The notes beneath the pieces were generated by a model. That model saw only the letters and a program-made list of their open reading frames with translations. It had not been told where the DNA came from and did not search any database. From Flavobacteriales bacterium (GTDB lineage: Bacteria; Bacteroidota; Bacteroidia; Flavobacteriales_F; PHOS-HE28), in NCBI GenBank assembly GCA_044224725.1, contig JBGAJW010000016.1:7055-71054 (forward strand): 64,000 nucleotides of DNA. The letters are read 5' to 3'. Both the position numbers and the translations under genes were made by a program. The stretch's first letter is position 1. Every line of letters starts with the position of its first letter. This document shows positions 1-8,942 of the stretch, one piece after another.

Positions 1-776
1 TCAACAACCTCCTCATCGCTGATGCTGACGGCATCCGCACCATCACCATCAACCGACCCGATCAGCTCAACGCGCTGAACCGTGCCACCATCGCCGAACT
101 GGATCAAGCGCTGACCGAGGCCGATGCCGACAAGGGCGTGCGCGTGCTCATCATCACCGGTAGCGGCCCGAAGGCCTTCGTGGCCGGTGCCGACATCAAG
201 GAGTTCGCCCACTTCGCCGTGGAAGAAGGAAAGGCGCTCGCGGCCGATGGCCAGAAGAAGCTCTTCGACCATGCGGAGCGCATGAGCAAGCCCGTGATCG
301 CTGCGGTGAACGGCTTCGCGCTGGGTGGCGGACTGGAGCTGGCCATGAGCTGCCACATTCGCGTAGCGAGCGACAATGCGCGCATGGGGCTGCCGGAAGT
401 CTCGCTCGGTGTGATCCCCGGTTACGGCGGCACGCAGCGCTTGGCGCGACTGGTAGGCAAGGGAAAGGCCATGGAGATGATCTTCACCGCGGGCATGATC
501 AAAGCCGACGAGGCCCTGCAATGGGGACTGGTGAACCACGTTGTACCACAGGTCGATCTGCTGGCCAAGTGCAACGACCTGGCCGCCGCCATCATGAAGA
601 ACTCACCCACCGCCATCGCCGCCGCCATCCGCGCGGTGAACGCTGGTTATGAACCCGGAGCGGACGGCATGCAACGCGAGATCGAGGAGTTCGGCAAGTG
701 TTTCGGCACGTCTGATTTCAAGGAGGGGACGAGCGCGTTCATGGAGAAGAGGAAGGCGAACTTCACAGGGGCGTGA
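1..776 (+). CDS. Enoyl-CoA hydratase/isomerase (crotonase family), 5'-truncated by the window edge. The frame is open from nt 3 (NNLLIADADGIRTITINRPDQLNALN...).
   Basis: Crotonase motifs are present: oxyanion-hole region AAVNGFALGGGLELAMSCHIRVAS, plus ...GLPEVSLGVIPGYGGTQRL and MIFTAGMIKADEALQWGLVN. The ORF runs to the window start without a stop. Confidence 0.85.
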   Translation, partial: NNLLIADADGIRTITINRPDQLNALNRATIAELDQALTEADADKGVRVLIITGSGPKAFVAGADIKEFAHFAVEEGKALAADGQKKLFDHAERMSKPVIAAVNGFALGGGLELAMSCHIRVASDNARMGLPEVSLGVIPGYGGTQRLARLVGKGKAMEMIFTAGMIKADEALQWGLVNHVVPQVDLLAKCNDLAAAIMKNSPTAIAAAIRAVNAGYEPGADGMQREIEEFGKCFGTSDFKEGTSAFMEKRKANFTGA

Positions 777-1423
777 AAACCTGCTGGATCGACCGACTGG
801 CGACGCCACTTGGGGAGGTGACTTGTGAGCTACTATCTGAGCCACCCGTGGCTGAACGTAACACGGACCAGAGTGTCGCTACCATAGGAGGCTATACGAT
901 CAAGAGCGATCGACAAGCCTTACCGATGGATTGGAATAAGGGAAAGACTCAAGCGCCAGCACTTATCGACGGAGGTTGTTTCTGGCGCTGGGTTTTCATG
1001 CGTACCGGTCCCGGCGAAGCAGAGTTCATCATTCGCTGTGGCCTTAATGCGCACTCGGTGATCTACGACCCAGCGACAGGTGAAGACCTCGCAGCGGTCG
1101 AGTATTGTAAGAAGGAGCAGGTCCTTCACATCGGGACGGAGGATGACAAGTATTTGCGCTATCGCTCCAAGGATGTTTCCGGTGCCTTCCCCCTGCGGTT
1201 TGGAGAATTGCCTTTTGATAGATGGGAGGGCCTATTGGAGGATCTGATACAGCTCAGCGAACAAGGGATCCACCTCGCCGTTCCGAATTTGCGGATAGGA
1301 GAGACCATGTACTTCCATGTGATCGCGGCATATAAACGGACCAACCCTCAACAAGACATATCGACGTGGCTCGCTGTTGACAGGCGTAAAGCCGAACTTG
1401 ATTCATTCGCCCCCTGGCCATGA
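773..1423 (+). CDS. Hypothetical protein of 216 aa with no recognisable domain. It has a GTG start overlapping the upstream stop (GTGA) and lies in a lower-GC segment.
   Basis: Long ORF with normal protein-like composition. The 4-nt overlap with the crotonase stop and the ATGA overlap with the next gene suggest translational coupling. No signal peptide or known motif was recognised. Confidence 0.45.
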   Translation: MKTCWIDRLATPLGEVTCELLSEPPVAERNTDQSVATIGGYTIKSDRQALPMDWNKGKTQAPALIDGGCFWRWVFMRTGPGEAEFIIRCGLNAHSVIYDPATGEDLAAVEYCKKEQVLHIGTEDDKYLRYRSKDVSGAFPLRFGELPFDRWEGLLEDLIQLSEQGIHLAVPNLRIGETMYFHVIAAYKRTNPQQDISTWLAVDRRKAELDSFAPWP

Positions 1424-1809
1424 GCGCCCGCCACAAACTCGCCAGCCGAACGGCCATCTATGGACTCGGTGTTATCATGGCGCTCTTCGTGACCGGTTGT
1501 GGTCGACTGAACGATGATAGACTAGTGGGATGTTGGTGGAACGAAGTGCGACCTGATTACGATATCACAACGTTCTGCTTTCGGCCTGACGGAGATTGGA
1601 GCAGCTCAGGTCCTGACGAGTCGCCTATGCATGGCACGTACGAATTGAGTGGAGACCTCTTGCTTTGGCGTTGGATAGACTCCCGATATGGGCATGACAC
1701 CACTTTCCGTTGCATCATGCACTGGAGCGACGAAGATCACCTTCGTCTTGCGATGAAGCTCGACCCACGACCAGGAGTTGAATTCAATTGGGAGCGCCGT
1801 CCGAAATGA
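1420..1809 (+). CDS. Small predicted lipoprotein (129 aa). Its N-terminus is a diverged duplicate of the N-terminus of the downstream flippase.
   Basis: Signal peptide with lipobox (LFVTGC). The N-terminus MSARHKLASRTAIYGLGVIMA matches the flippase N-terminus MSVLRKLAGQTAIYGLSSIVA. There are ATGA overlaps at both ends. Confidence 0.5.
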   Translation: MSARHKLASRTAIYGLGVIMALFVTGCGRLNDDRLVGCWWNEVRPDYDITTFCFRPDGDWSSSGPDESPMHGTYELSGDLLLWRWIDSRYGHDTTFRCIMHWSDEDHLRLAMKLDPRPGVEFNWERRPK

Positions 1810-3317
1810 GCGTCCTCCGCAAACTCGCCGGGCAAACGGCCATCTACGGGCTGAGCAGCATCGTTGCGCGCTTTCTGAACTTCCTGCTGGTGCCGCTGTA
1901 CACGAGCAAAGGCGTGTTCGAGCCGGCGGACTATGGCGTGGTCACCGCGCTCTACTCGTGGACGGCCTTCCTCAACGTGGTACTCACCTTCGGCATGGAG
2001 ACGGCCTTCTTCCGCTTCTCCATGAACACGCCGTTGCAGCAGCAGAGCGACAACGGGCGAACGATCTACAGCACCGCCACCTATGCGCTGCTCCTCCCCG
2101 CGCTCGTCTTCATGGGCTTGGGCAGCTTGTTCTCCGGCTCCATCGCTGACGCATTGCACTTCCCCGCGTATGCCAGTTCCGTTCTGTTGCTCGTCCTGAT
2201 CATCGGCATCGATGCGCTGACCGCTATCCCCATGGCGCGGCTGCGCCAGCAAGGGAGGCCCTGGAAGTACGCGTTCATCAACATATTGAGCGTGGCGGTG
2301 AACGTGGGCCTCAGCGTGTTCTTCTTCCTGTACTGCATGAAGCGTTACAACGCCGGGGAAAGCACGCCGCTGATCGACCGCGTGTACGATCCGGCGTTCG
2401 GCGTGGGCTATGTGTTCGCCATCAACTTGGTGTCCACCGGGGTGAAATTGCTGGTGCTGCTTCCCGCGTGGCCATCGCCATCGCACTTCCAGAAACAACT
2501 GCTACGGGCCTTGGCCGCCTTCGGTCTGCCCTTGATGATCGCCGGTCTCGCGGGCATGGTGAACGAAACGGCGGACCGCATCATCCTCAAGTACCTGCTG
2601 CCCGCCGATGTCGCCAACGCGCAGATCGGTATCTATGGCGCATGCTACAAGCTGGCGATCCTGATCACGCTCTTCATCCAGGCCTTCCGCATGGGCGCGG
2701 AACCCTTCTTCTTCAGCCACGCGCGTGAGAAGAACAGCGGCGAGACCTTCGCGCGCATCATGAACCTGTTCGTGGCCGTGTGCATGGCGGCCTTCCTCTG
2801 CGTGATGCTCTTCATTGACCTGTTCAAGTGGTTCATCCCGAACCCGGCCTACCACGAAGGCCTACGCGTGGTGCCGATCCTCATGCTCGCGAATGTGTTC
2901 CTCGGCATCTACTACAACCAGAGCGTGTGGTACAAACTCACCAACAAGACCCGAGCCGGTGGGACCATCGCCGTCATCGGTGCCATCATCACGCTCGTGC
3001 TGTTGTTCTCGTTGATCCCGAGCATGGGGTACATGGGCGCGGCATGGGCTACCCTGGCCTGCTATGCGAGCATGGCGGCGATCAGCTACGTGTGGGGGCA
3101 GAAGCACTACCCGGTGCCATACAATGTTGGGCGCGTGCTCACTTACATGGCGGCGGGCGTTTTCATCTGGTGGAGCGCCGAGGCCTCGACCGCGATCAGC
3201 CTGACATTGCCCCACGGCGAGGCATTCAACTATGGTCTGAGAGCCGTCCTGTTGGCCGGGTTCGTCGGCGTCGTTTGGCGGAACGAACGGAGAACTTTGT
3301 CACCTTCGCATGGATGA
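1788..3317 (+). CDS. Polysaccharide biosynthesis protein / Wzx-like oligosaccharide flippase (multi-TM, MOP superfamily). The likely true start is the ATG at 1806.
   Basis: About 500 aa, highly hydrophobic, 12-14 predicted TM segments. N-terminus KLAGQTAIYGLSSIVARFLNFLLVPLYT is typical of Bacteroidota lipopolysaccharide/polysaccharide flippases. The 1806 ATG overlaps the upstream stop (ATGA). Confidence 0.75.
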   Translation: MGAPSEMSVLRKLAGQTAIYGLSSIVARFLNFLLVPLYTSKGVFEPADYGVVTALYSWTAFLNVVLTFGMETAFFRFSMNTPLQQQSDNGRTIYSTATYALLLPALVFMGLGSLFSGSIADALHFPAYASSVLLLVLIIGIDALTAIPMARLRQQGRPWKYAFINILSVAVNVGLSVFFFLYCMKRYNAGESTPLIDRVYDPAFGVGYVFAINLVSTGVKLLVLLPAWPSPSHFQKQLLRALAAFGLPLMIAGLAGMVNETADRIILKYLLPADVANAQIGIYGACYKLAILITLFIQAFRMGAEPFFFSHAREKNSGETFARIMNLFVAVCMAAFLCVMLFIDLFKWFIPNPAYHEGLRVVPILMLANVFLGIYYNQSVWYKLTNKTRAGGTIAVIGAIITLVLLFSLIPSMGYMGAAWATLACYASMAAISYVWGQKHYPVPYNVGRVLTYMAAGVFIWWSAEASTAISLTLPHGEAFNYGLRAVLLAGFVGVVWRNERRTLSPSHG

Positions 3318-3859
3318 GCGGCAACGACATCCAAGCCCTGGACGCGCAGCATCGCAAGCCCTTCCTGCGATGGGTGAAGCGCCGCTTCGGCATCTCTGAG
3401 GCTGATGCGCAGGATGTCTACCAGGAATCGGTGACGGCTTTCGCCCAGCGCGAAACGCAGAACGAGGGTGGCGAATTGGAGTGCCAGCCTTCGACTTTCC
3501 TGTACGCCATCGGCCGCAACCAGACGCTGAAGTTGATCCGCTCGCGCAAAGGAAACGAGAACAGCACCATCGAACTTGACTCAGCCGGTGGCCTGTTCGA
3601 ATTGCCGGAAGTAGAGTCGCTGTTCGACATGGAACATGCGCGTACCGTGGTCCGTGAAGGTCTCGCCCGACTCACCGAACGACAGCGCGAAGTGCTGCGC
3701 CTCTACTACTACGAGGAACGGTCCATGCAGGAGATCGCCACCGTCATGGGCTACAACAACGCGGATGTGGCGAAGAAGATGAAGTACGAGGGCCTCAAGA
3801 AACTGTCCACGTTGATCGTGCGGAGTTGCGCGATCCCGTTCTTTTTCCATGCGTTCTGA
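3314..3859 (+). CDS. RNA polymerase ECF-type sigma-70 factor (181 aa)
   Basis: Region 2 (FLRWVKRRFGISEADAQDVYQESVTAF) and region 4 (LTERQREVLRLYYYEERSMQEIATVMGYNNADVAKKMKYEGLKKL) are both present. The start ATG overlaps the flippase stop (ATGA). The longer ORF beginning at 2828 is an artefactual extension through the flippase 3' end. Confidence 0.85.
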   Translation: MSGNDIQALDAQHRKPFLRWVKRRFGISEADAQDVYQESVTAFAQRETQNEGGELECQPSTFLYAIGRNQTLKLIRSRKGNENSTIELDSAGGLFELPEVESLFDMEHARTVVREGLARLTERQREVLRLYYYEERSMQEIATVMGYNNADVAKKMKYEGLKKLSTLIVRSCAIPFFFHAF

Positions 3860-4577
3860 ACACGCCGATATCGAGCGCATCGAAGCGTATGTGGAAGGCC
3901 GCTTGAGCGATGCCGACCGCCGTGCGTTCGAGGAGCAGCTCGGAACGGACAGCGCGTTGGTGGATGAACTCCATGCCTACCGGGTTATGCGCAAGGCATT
4001 GGTGGATGTGTTCGCGGAAGAACATGAGCGTGCCACGCAGAATGGCAAAGTTGTGCGGTTGAACAACCCTCGAAAGAGCACTTGGCGATGGGCGGTGGCG
4101 GCGGCTGTTTTGCTACTGGCGGGTGCTGGTGCGCGGTACTTGCAGCATGCGAAGGAGTCCCTGCCTGAGCTGGCGGAGCGGTATGTGGTGCATGAATCTC
4201 CGCTGCCTGTGCTCATGTCCGGCCCGGCAGATCACCAGAACGTGCTGGACAAGTCGATGCAACTCTTTGGGGCTGGCCGGTACGATCAGGCCCTTGCTGA
4301 ACTCGAACGGTTACCGGCAAGCGACACGGTCGCGTTCTATGCGGGTCTGTGCGCGGTTGAACTCCATCAAGATCCTTCCACCCGTTTCCAATCGGTGATC
4401 GATGATGCAACGAGCGGCTATCATCCAAAGGCGCTCTATCACTTGATGCTCTGGCAACTGGAACACGATTGGCGAACAGATGCTGTCCACCTGCTCCAAG
4501 AGCAACTGCGCATCAGCGATCATCCGTATCGCCAGCAATTGGAGGCATTGGCTGCTGACAAGGCGCTGCTGCCCTGA
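3849..4577 (+). CDS. Anti-sigma factor: a single-pass membrane protein with a cytoplasmic N-terminal sigma-binding region and a periplasmic C-terminal domain
   Basis: It overlaps the sigma-factor stop by 11 nt. The N-terminus IERIEAYVEGRLSDADRRAFEEQL is typical of RskA/ChrR-type anti-sigma N-domains. One TM segment (WAVAAAVLLLAGAGA) is present. Confidence 0.6.
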   Translation: MRSEHADIERIEAYVEGRLSDADRRAFEEQLGTDSALVDELHAYRVMRKALVDVFAEEHERATQNGKVVRLNNPRKSTWRWAVAAAVLLLAGAGARYLQHAKESLPELAERYVVHESPLPVLMSGPADHQNVLDKSMQLFGAGRYDQALAELERLPASDTVAFYAGLCAVELHQDPSTRFQSVIDDATSGYHPKALYHLMLWQLEHDWRTDAVHLLQEQLRISDHPYRQQLEALAADKALLP

Positions 4578-4580
4578 GCG

Positions 4581-6968
4581 ATGTTCCAACGAACACCGTT
4601 CCCCGGCAAGGTGGTGTTGAGCTTCTTTCTGGCTGTTTGGTTCTGCGCACACAACACAGCCGTCCGCGCGCAGGCCGCATCCGTCTTGCAGCGCGCCGAA
4701 CAAGCCTTGTGCGATGGGGATGACCTCGGCGCGGAACGTTCCTTGATGAAGTTGTTGGCGGAACCAGGGCTTGAAGGCAGCGCGCGATTCGATGCGCTGA
4801 TGCTGATGGCGGAGATCCACTATCAACGATCTGCGCAGGAACAATTCTTGGCCGCTACCGAAAGCGCGGCCAAATTGCTGGGTCCACAGGACGGCCTTGA
4901 ACAGGAATCGTGGGCGCGCGTGGAAACCAACCGTTGCCGCCACGCGTTCTTCGCGATGCAGTACGAGCGTGCGATAGAACTCGGAGAGTCCGCGATAACC
5001 CGCTACCGACGCGCCCCTGACCGGTCGCACTGGAAGAATGCCTTCCGGATCCATCAAGCACTGGCGGCCTCGTACCGCATCGGCACGCCGGAACGGAAGG
5101 GGAAGGTCTTCGCGCACTTCGACACAGCCCTGGCGCTGGCCCATGCACGCACGGACCTCCTGCCCTACTGGGAAGCCGCGATCCAGCGAAGCCTTTCGAA
5201 CGCGGCCATGGACCGCATGCGAAAAGACAATCCAGACCATGTGAAGTGCGCCGACCTCTGCAGGCGCGCACAAACCCAGGCGCTGCGGATCATGGCGCGG
5301 AGCCACCCGAACAATCGGCTGGAGTGCGCGATGCTGATGAACCTGCACGGCTTGTACCTGGTTTACAACGGACAGCCGGACAGCTCCATGAAATGGTTGT
5401 CGAACGCACAGGATCTCATCTCGGAAGATGTGTGGCGCGCACGGGATGAGCGGTTCTTTCCGACCTGGCTCCTCACGCTGCGCTGGAAGGCCTTCGTATT
5501 CGAGGGCGAACCTTGGCGCTCGGATACCGCACTGCTCAATCGCTATTTGGATGAACTGCAAGCGGCGGAACCCTTGTTCACCCGCTATGCCGCCATGCAA
5601 GCCACCGCCAAAGGGCTGTTCACACAGGACCGGTACGACCGTTCACCTTTCCCATCAACACTGGCCGTTTGTCAGCGGCTGTGGGAGCTGACCTTGAATA
5701 CGAGCTACATCGACCATGCATTGCGCACAACGGAAAAAACACGAAGCGACGCATGGAACATAGCGCAGTCGCTTCGGAGTCGGCGAGATCTGATTCTTCC
5801 CGATCCGCCGACAGAAATGTTGTCCTCGATACGGCAGAAGATGGACCCGAACGAAGGCTTGCTGATTTGCGTGGACTATGGCTTGGCACAGGTTGGCCAT
5901 CGCGTTATCACCCTGACCGTGACCGTTGATTCCGTAGACTTCAACGAATGTGGATTCAACTATGACTGGTCCTGTGCATTGGACATGCCACAGCCGCTCG
6001 ATGCGATGAAAGAACGTCGTGCGCTCCACTTGCTATACGACTCGATCTACGCGCCGGCGAAGCACCTGTTGAATGATCGGATCACACGGCTGCGTGTGGT
6101 GAGCACGAACGAGCTTGCCAAGTTGAGTTTCGACGCGTTGCTGGCTGATACCGCTTCCGCTGACATCCGAAAATGTCATCCGCTGGTGGAAGAGCACGCC
6201 ATCAGCTATCCCTACTTCCTGTTGCCCTCGAGCGATGATGGACCCAGCTCCCCCCAACGCGACGGACTGTACTTGGCCCCGACGCGAGGATCAGGGGAAC
6301 TGACGGACTTGACCATGCTGCGCGAAGCCATGGCGTTTTGGCACGAAGGTGTTTTGCCTGGTGATCTGGATAGTTCAGTGACCGATGCGGCTGTCGCGAT
6401 GCAGCGCATGGAACAGACCGAATTCCTGGTGTGGGGTGGACACTGCGGCGGCAACATCTTCATACAGGATGAGCCTGTCAGCAGCTTCTCGACCTCCTTC
6501 ACGGACAGCGCCACGACCTTGTTGCCCAGCCAACTATTGAGTTTGCATCAAGCGCCTTCGTTCGTGGTGCATGCCTCCTGCCAGAGCGGCGTGTTCTATC
6601 CCTACGGCAGTAGCGGTAGCGTCTCGTTCGCCCGCGCCTTCCTGTTCGCCGGATCCCGCACCGTGGTGGCAGCGCAACATGTGGCCGATGAGCGATCCTC
6701 CATCCGGCTATTGGAGCATCTGATGGATGAACTCGCCGACGGACAACCGGCGGACCTTGCTCTTCAACACGCCAAGCTCGCCTACTTGCGAGAAGCCGCT
6801 TCCGCCGAAGACGCACGCCCCTTATACTGGGCCACTTGGCAGGTGTGGGGCGAATGCACTCCGCTGGTACCCGCTGATAAACCCCTACGCCCATGGCCGT
6901 GGCTGGGGGGTGGAGCAATCATTGTGCTTGCTGGAGCCCGCGCATTCCGGAAGCGCAGGAAAATTTGA
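4581..6968 (+). CDS. Secreted TPR-repeat CHAT-domain (caspase-like) protease with a C-terminal TM anchor
   Basis: N-terminal signal peptide, TPR-like helical N-terminal half, and a C-terminal CHAT domain. The catalytic His sits in LVWGGHCGG and the catalytic Cys in FVVHASCQSG. Motifs AGSRTVVAAQHVADE and PLYWATWQVWGE follow. A terminal hydrophobic stretch ends in RKRRKI. Confidence 0.75.
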   Translation: MFQRTPFPGKVVLSFFLAVWFCAHNTAVRAQAASVLQRAEQALCDGDDLGAERSLMKLLAEPGLEGSARFDALMLMAEIHYQRSAQEQFLAATESAAKLLGPQDGLEQESWARVETNRCRHAFFAMQYERAIELGESAITRYRRAPDRSHWKNAFRIHQALAASYRIGTPERKGKVFAHFDTALALAHARTDLLPYWEAAIQRSLSNAAMDRMRKDNPDHVKCADLCRRAQTQALRIMARSHPNNRLECAMLMNLHGLYLVYNGQPDSSMKWLSNAQDLISEDVWRARDERFFPTWLLTLRWKAFVFEGEPWRSDTALLNRYLDELQAAEPLFTRYAAMQATAKGLFTQDRYDRSPFPSTLAVCQRLWELTLNTSYIDHALRTTEKTRSDAWNIAQSLRSRRDLILPDPPTEMLSSIRQKMDPNEGLLICVDYGLAQVGHRVITLTVTVDSVDFNECGFNYDWSCALDMPQPLDAMKERRALHLLYDSIYAPAKHLLNDRITRLRVVSTNELAKLSFDALLADTASADIRKCHPLVEEHAISYPYFLLPSSDDGPSSPQRDGLYLAPTRGSGELTDLTMLREAMAFWHEGVLPGDLDSSVTDAAVAMQRMEQTEFLVWGGHCGGNIFIQDEPVSSFSTSFTDSATTLLPSQLLSLHQAPSFVVHASCQSGVFYPYGSSGSVSFARAFLFAGSRTVVAAQHVADERSSIRLLEHLMDELADGQPADLALQHAKLAYLREAASAEDARPLYWATWQVWGECTPLVPADKPLRPWPWLGGGAIIVLAGARAFRKRRKI

Positions 6969-7049
6969 TCGCATGGCGGGTTACCTCCTGCTCTGGATGG
7001 GTATCAAGCTGTGATACCCTTCCTCCGAACAAACTTGAACCCTTGACCC

Positions 7050-8282
7050 ATGCGCAACCTTTTCGCTCTGTCCGCACTGCTCTTCGCCGTAACCAACCTC
7101 CATGCTCAACCGCCGAATTATGTACCCACAGAAGGGCTCATGGGTTGGTGGCCATTCAGCGGGAACGCGAATGATGAGAGCGGGAATAGTCACCATGGAA
7201 TTTCGGTCGGAGCTACCCTCACAACAGACAGATGCGGGCAGCCCGCAAGTGCATACGCGTTCAACTCAAGTTACATTGAGGTACCGCCGATAGCGGCGAT
7301 CAATGGCATGGATGACTTCGCTTGGTCGGTATGGTTCATGATCGAGGGCAACGCAGCCGAAGAGAGACAGTACTTGGTCGGACGCGGCTGGGACTTCACG
7401 GAGGGCTTCAGCATTTGGCGAGGGAATGATGACCGCTTGGCTTTGATCGTGAACGGGTTCAACGGATTCCAACAATTGTCCGCGAGTCCTGCGGCTCCCA
7501 TCCAAGCGTGGCATCACTTCGTAGCCAATCGTGAGCAAGGTGTCGTCGGCTACTACATCGATGGAGTGCTCGATACGTCTTTCGCCTGCCCAGCGACTGT
7601 GCTCACAAGCACATGGCCAGACTCGCTGTATTTCGGAGCGCACAAGTGGTACAACCAACCGCCCGACTACTTCGAGTACTTCCTCAACGGCAAACTCGAT
7701 GACATCGGTCTTTGGAACCGCGCACTGACCTCTGATGAAATCCAAGCCCTCTACCTCACCGGTTGTGGCCCATGCATCAGCACAACGCCCGTGAGCTATT
7801 CCGGTCTTTCTGCGAGCTACACGACGCTCGACGCTGCTACAACACTTGTCGGAAGTCCGGTCGGTGGTGTCTTCATCGGCTCGGGCATGTCGGGCAGCAC
7901 CTTCGACCCATCCGCAGCAGGCGAAGGGACCCACGGCATCAGCTACACCTATTTGGATTCCAACAACTGCGTGAACACCTACAGCCTATGTACATCAGTG
8001 GTTATCGGAATGGGTCTTGAAGTTCCCCCCCGGACGATGGGGGGCGTTCGCGTTTTCCCGAACCCCAACGACGGCCAGTTCACGGTGGAAATGGAACTGC
8101 TGGGCTTGGTGTCCTTGCAGGTATTCGATGCACGCGGCCGACAAGTTCACAACGAAGTGTTCCAGGGCAACGGCAGCAAGACACAACGCATGCTGGACCT
8201 CTCTGGGCTGGCCAAGGGCGGTTACTCGGTAACCATGCAGAACGCCGGTGCGATGGTCACGCAGCAGGTGATCATTGAATGA
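7050..8282 (+). CDS. T9SS-secreted LamG/concanavalin-A-like jelly-roll lectin domain protein
   Basis: N-terminal signal peptide and a LamG-like core (GLMGWWPFSGNANDESGNSHHG...). The C-terminal roughly 80 aa (VFPNPNDGQFTVEM...GGYSVTMQNAGAMVTQQVII) has the T9SS type-A sorting domain signature. Confidence 0.7.
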   Translation: MRNLFALSALLFAVTNLHAQPPNYVPTEGLMGWWPFSGNANDESGNSHHGISVGATLTTDRCGQPASAYAFNSSYIEVPPIAAINGMDDFAWSVWFMIEGNAAEERQYLVGRGWDFTEGFSIWRGNDDRLALIVNGFNGFQQLSASPAAPIQAWHHFVANREQGVVGYYIDGVLDTSFACPATVLTSTWPDSLYFGAHKWYNQPPDYFEYFLNGKLDDIGLWNRALTSDEIQALYLTGCGPCISTTPVSYSGLSASYTTLDAATTLVGSPVGGVFIGSGMSGSTFDPSAAGEGTHGISYTYLDSNNCVNTYSLCTSVVIGMGLEVPPRTMGGVRVFPNPNDGQFTVEMELLGLVSLQVFDARGRQVHNEVFQGNGSKTQRMLDLSGLAKGGYSVTMQNAGAMVTQQVIIE

Positions 8283-8366
8283 CCTGCGAGAAGGTGGCGT
8301 CCCCTCCACGAGCGTGTTGGTCACGGGCGAGCATCACGTGCCGCAAGGACATGCACCTTTGCGGGC

Positions 8367-8831
8367 ATGAATGACTTCTCGACTGCGCTCGAAGTGACAT
8401 CAGTGAGGATCGTCAACAAAAGCAAACACTCGCTCCCCAACTACGCTACCGCCCACAGCGCCGGCATGGATCTCCGCGCCAACTTGGAAGCATCCATCAC
8501 TTTGGCCCCCGGCGAACGCGCCTTGGTGAAGACCGGCCTCTTCCTGGAACTCCCCGAAGGCACCGAAGCCCAAGTGCGCCCCCGCAGTGGGCTTGCCTTC
8601 AAACATGGCGTTACCGTGCTCAATGCGCCGGGCACCATCGATGCCGACTACCGCGGGGAGGTGGGCGTCATCCTCATCAACCACGGGCAGGAGCCTTTCG
8701 AGGTGAAGGATGGGGAACGCATTGCCCAGTTGGTCATCGCCCGGTACGAGCGCATCACCTTCACGGAAGTAGCTGACCTGTCGGTGTCAGAACGCGGGGC
8801 CGGGGGCTTCGGGCACACTGGAAGGAATTAG
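8367..8831 (+). CDS. dut: dUTP diphosphatase. The likely start is GTG 8394 or GTG 8403, giving about 143 aa.
   Basis: All Dut motifs are present: [51 protein letters not shown] and GFGHTG. Confidence 0.9.
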   Translation: MNDFSTALEVTSVRIVNKSKHSLPNYATAHSAGMDLRANLEASITLAPGERALVKTGLFLELPEGTEAQVRPRSGLAFKHGVTVLNAPGTIDADYRGEVGVILINHGQEPFEVKDGERIAQLVIARYERITFTEVADLSVSERGAGGFGHTGRN

Positions 8832-8850
8832 GCACCTTCGCGGCCAATTC

Positions 8851-8929
8851 TTCACCACAGAGGCACAGAGACACAGAGGACGGGCCGAGAACATTGAGCT
8901 TCTCCGTGCCTCCGTGTCTCTGTGGTGAA
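8851..8929. repeat. Long imperfect inverted repeat (12-bp perfect outer stem TTCACCACAGAG / CTCTGTGGTGAA plus a further imperfect inner stem of about 12 bp) between dut and the nucleotidyltransferase gene. It is a candidate terminator or attenuator.
   Basis: Read directly: ttcaccacagaggcacagagacacagagga ... ctccgtgcctccgtgtctctgtggtgaa. Confidence 0.45.
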
Positions 8930-8942
8930 CTTCAGACACGAA

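Noticed and set aside
2828-3313. Upstream 486 nt of the ORF that contains the ECF sigma factor
   Set aside because: This part overlaps the flippase 3' end in a different frame and has no sigma-factor homology. The conserved sigma region begins at the ATG at 3314, which overlaps the flippase stop.
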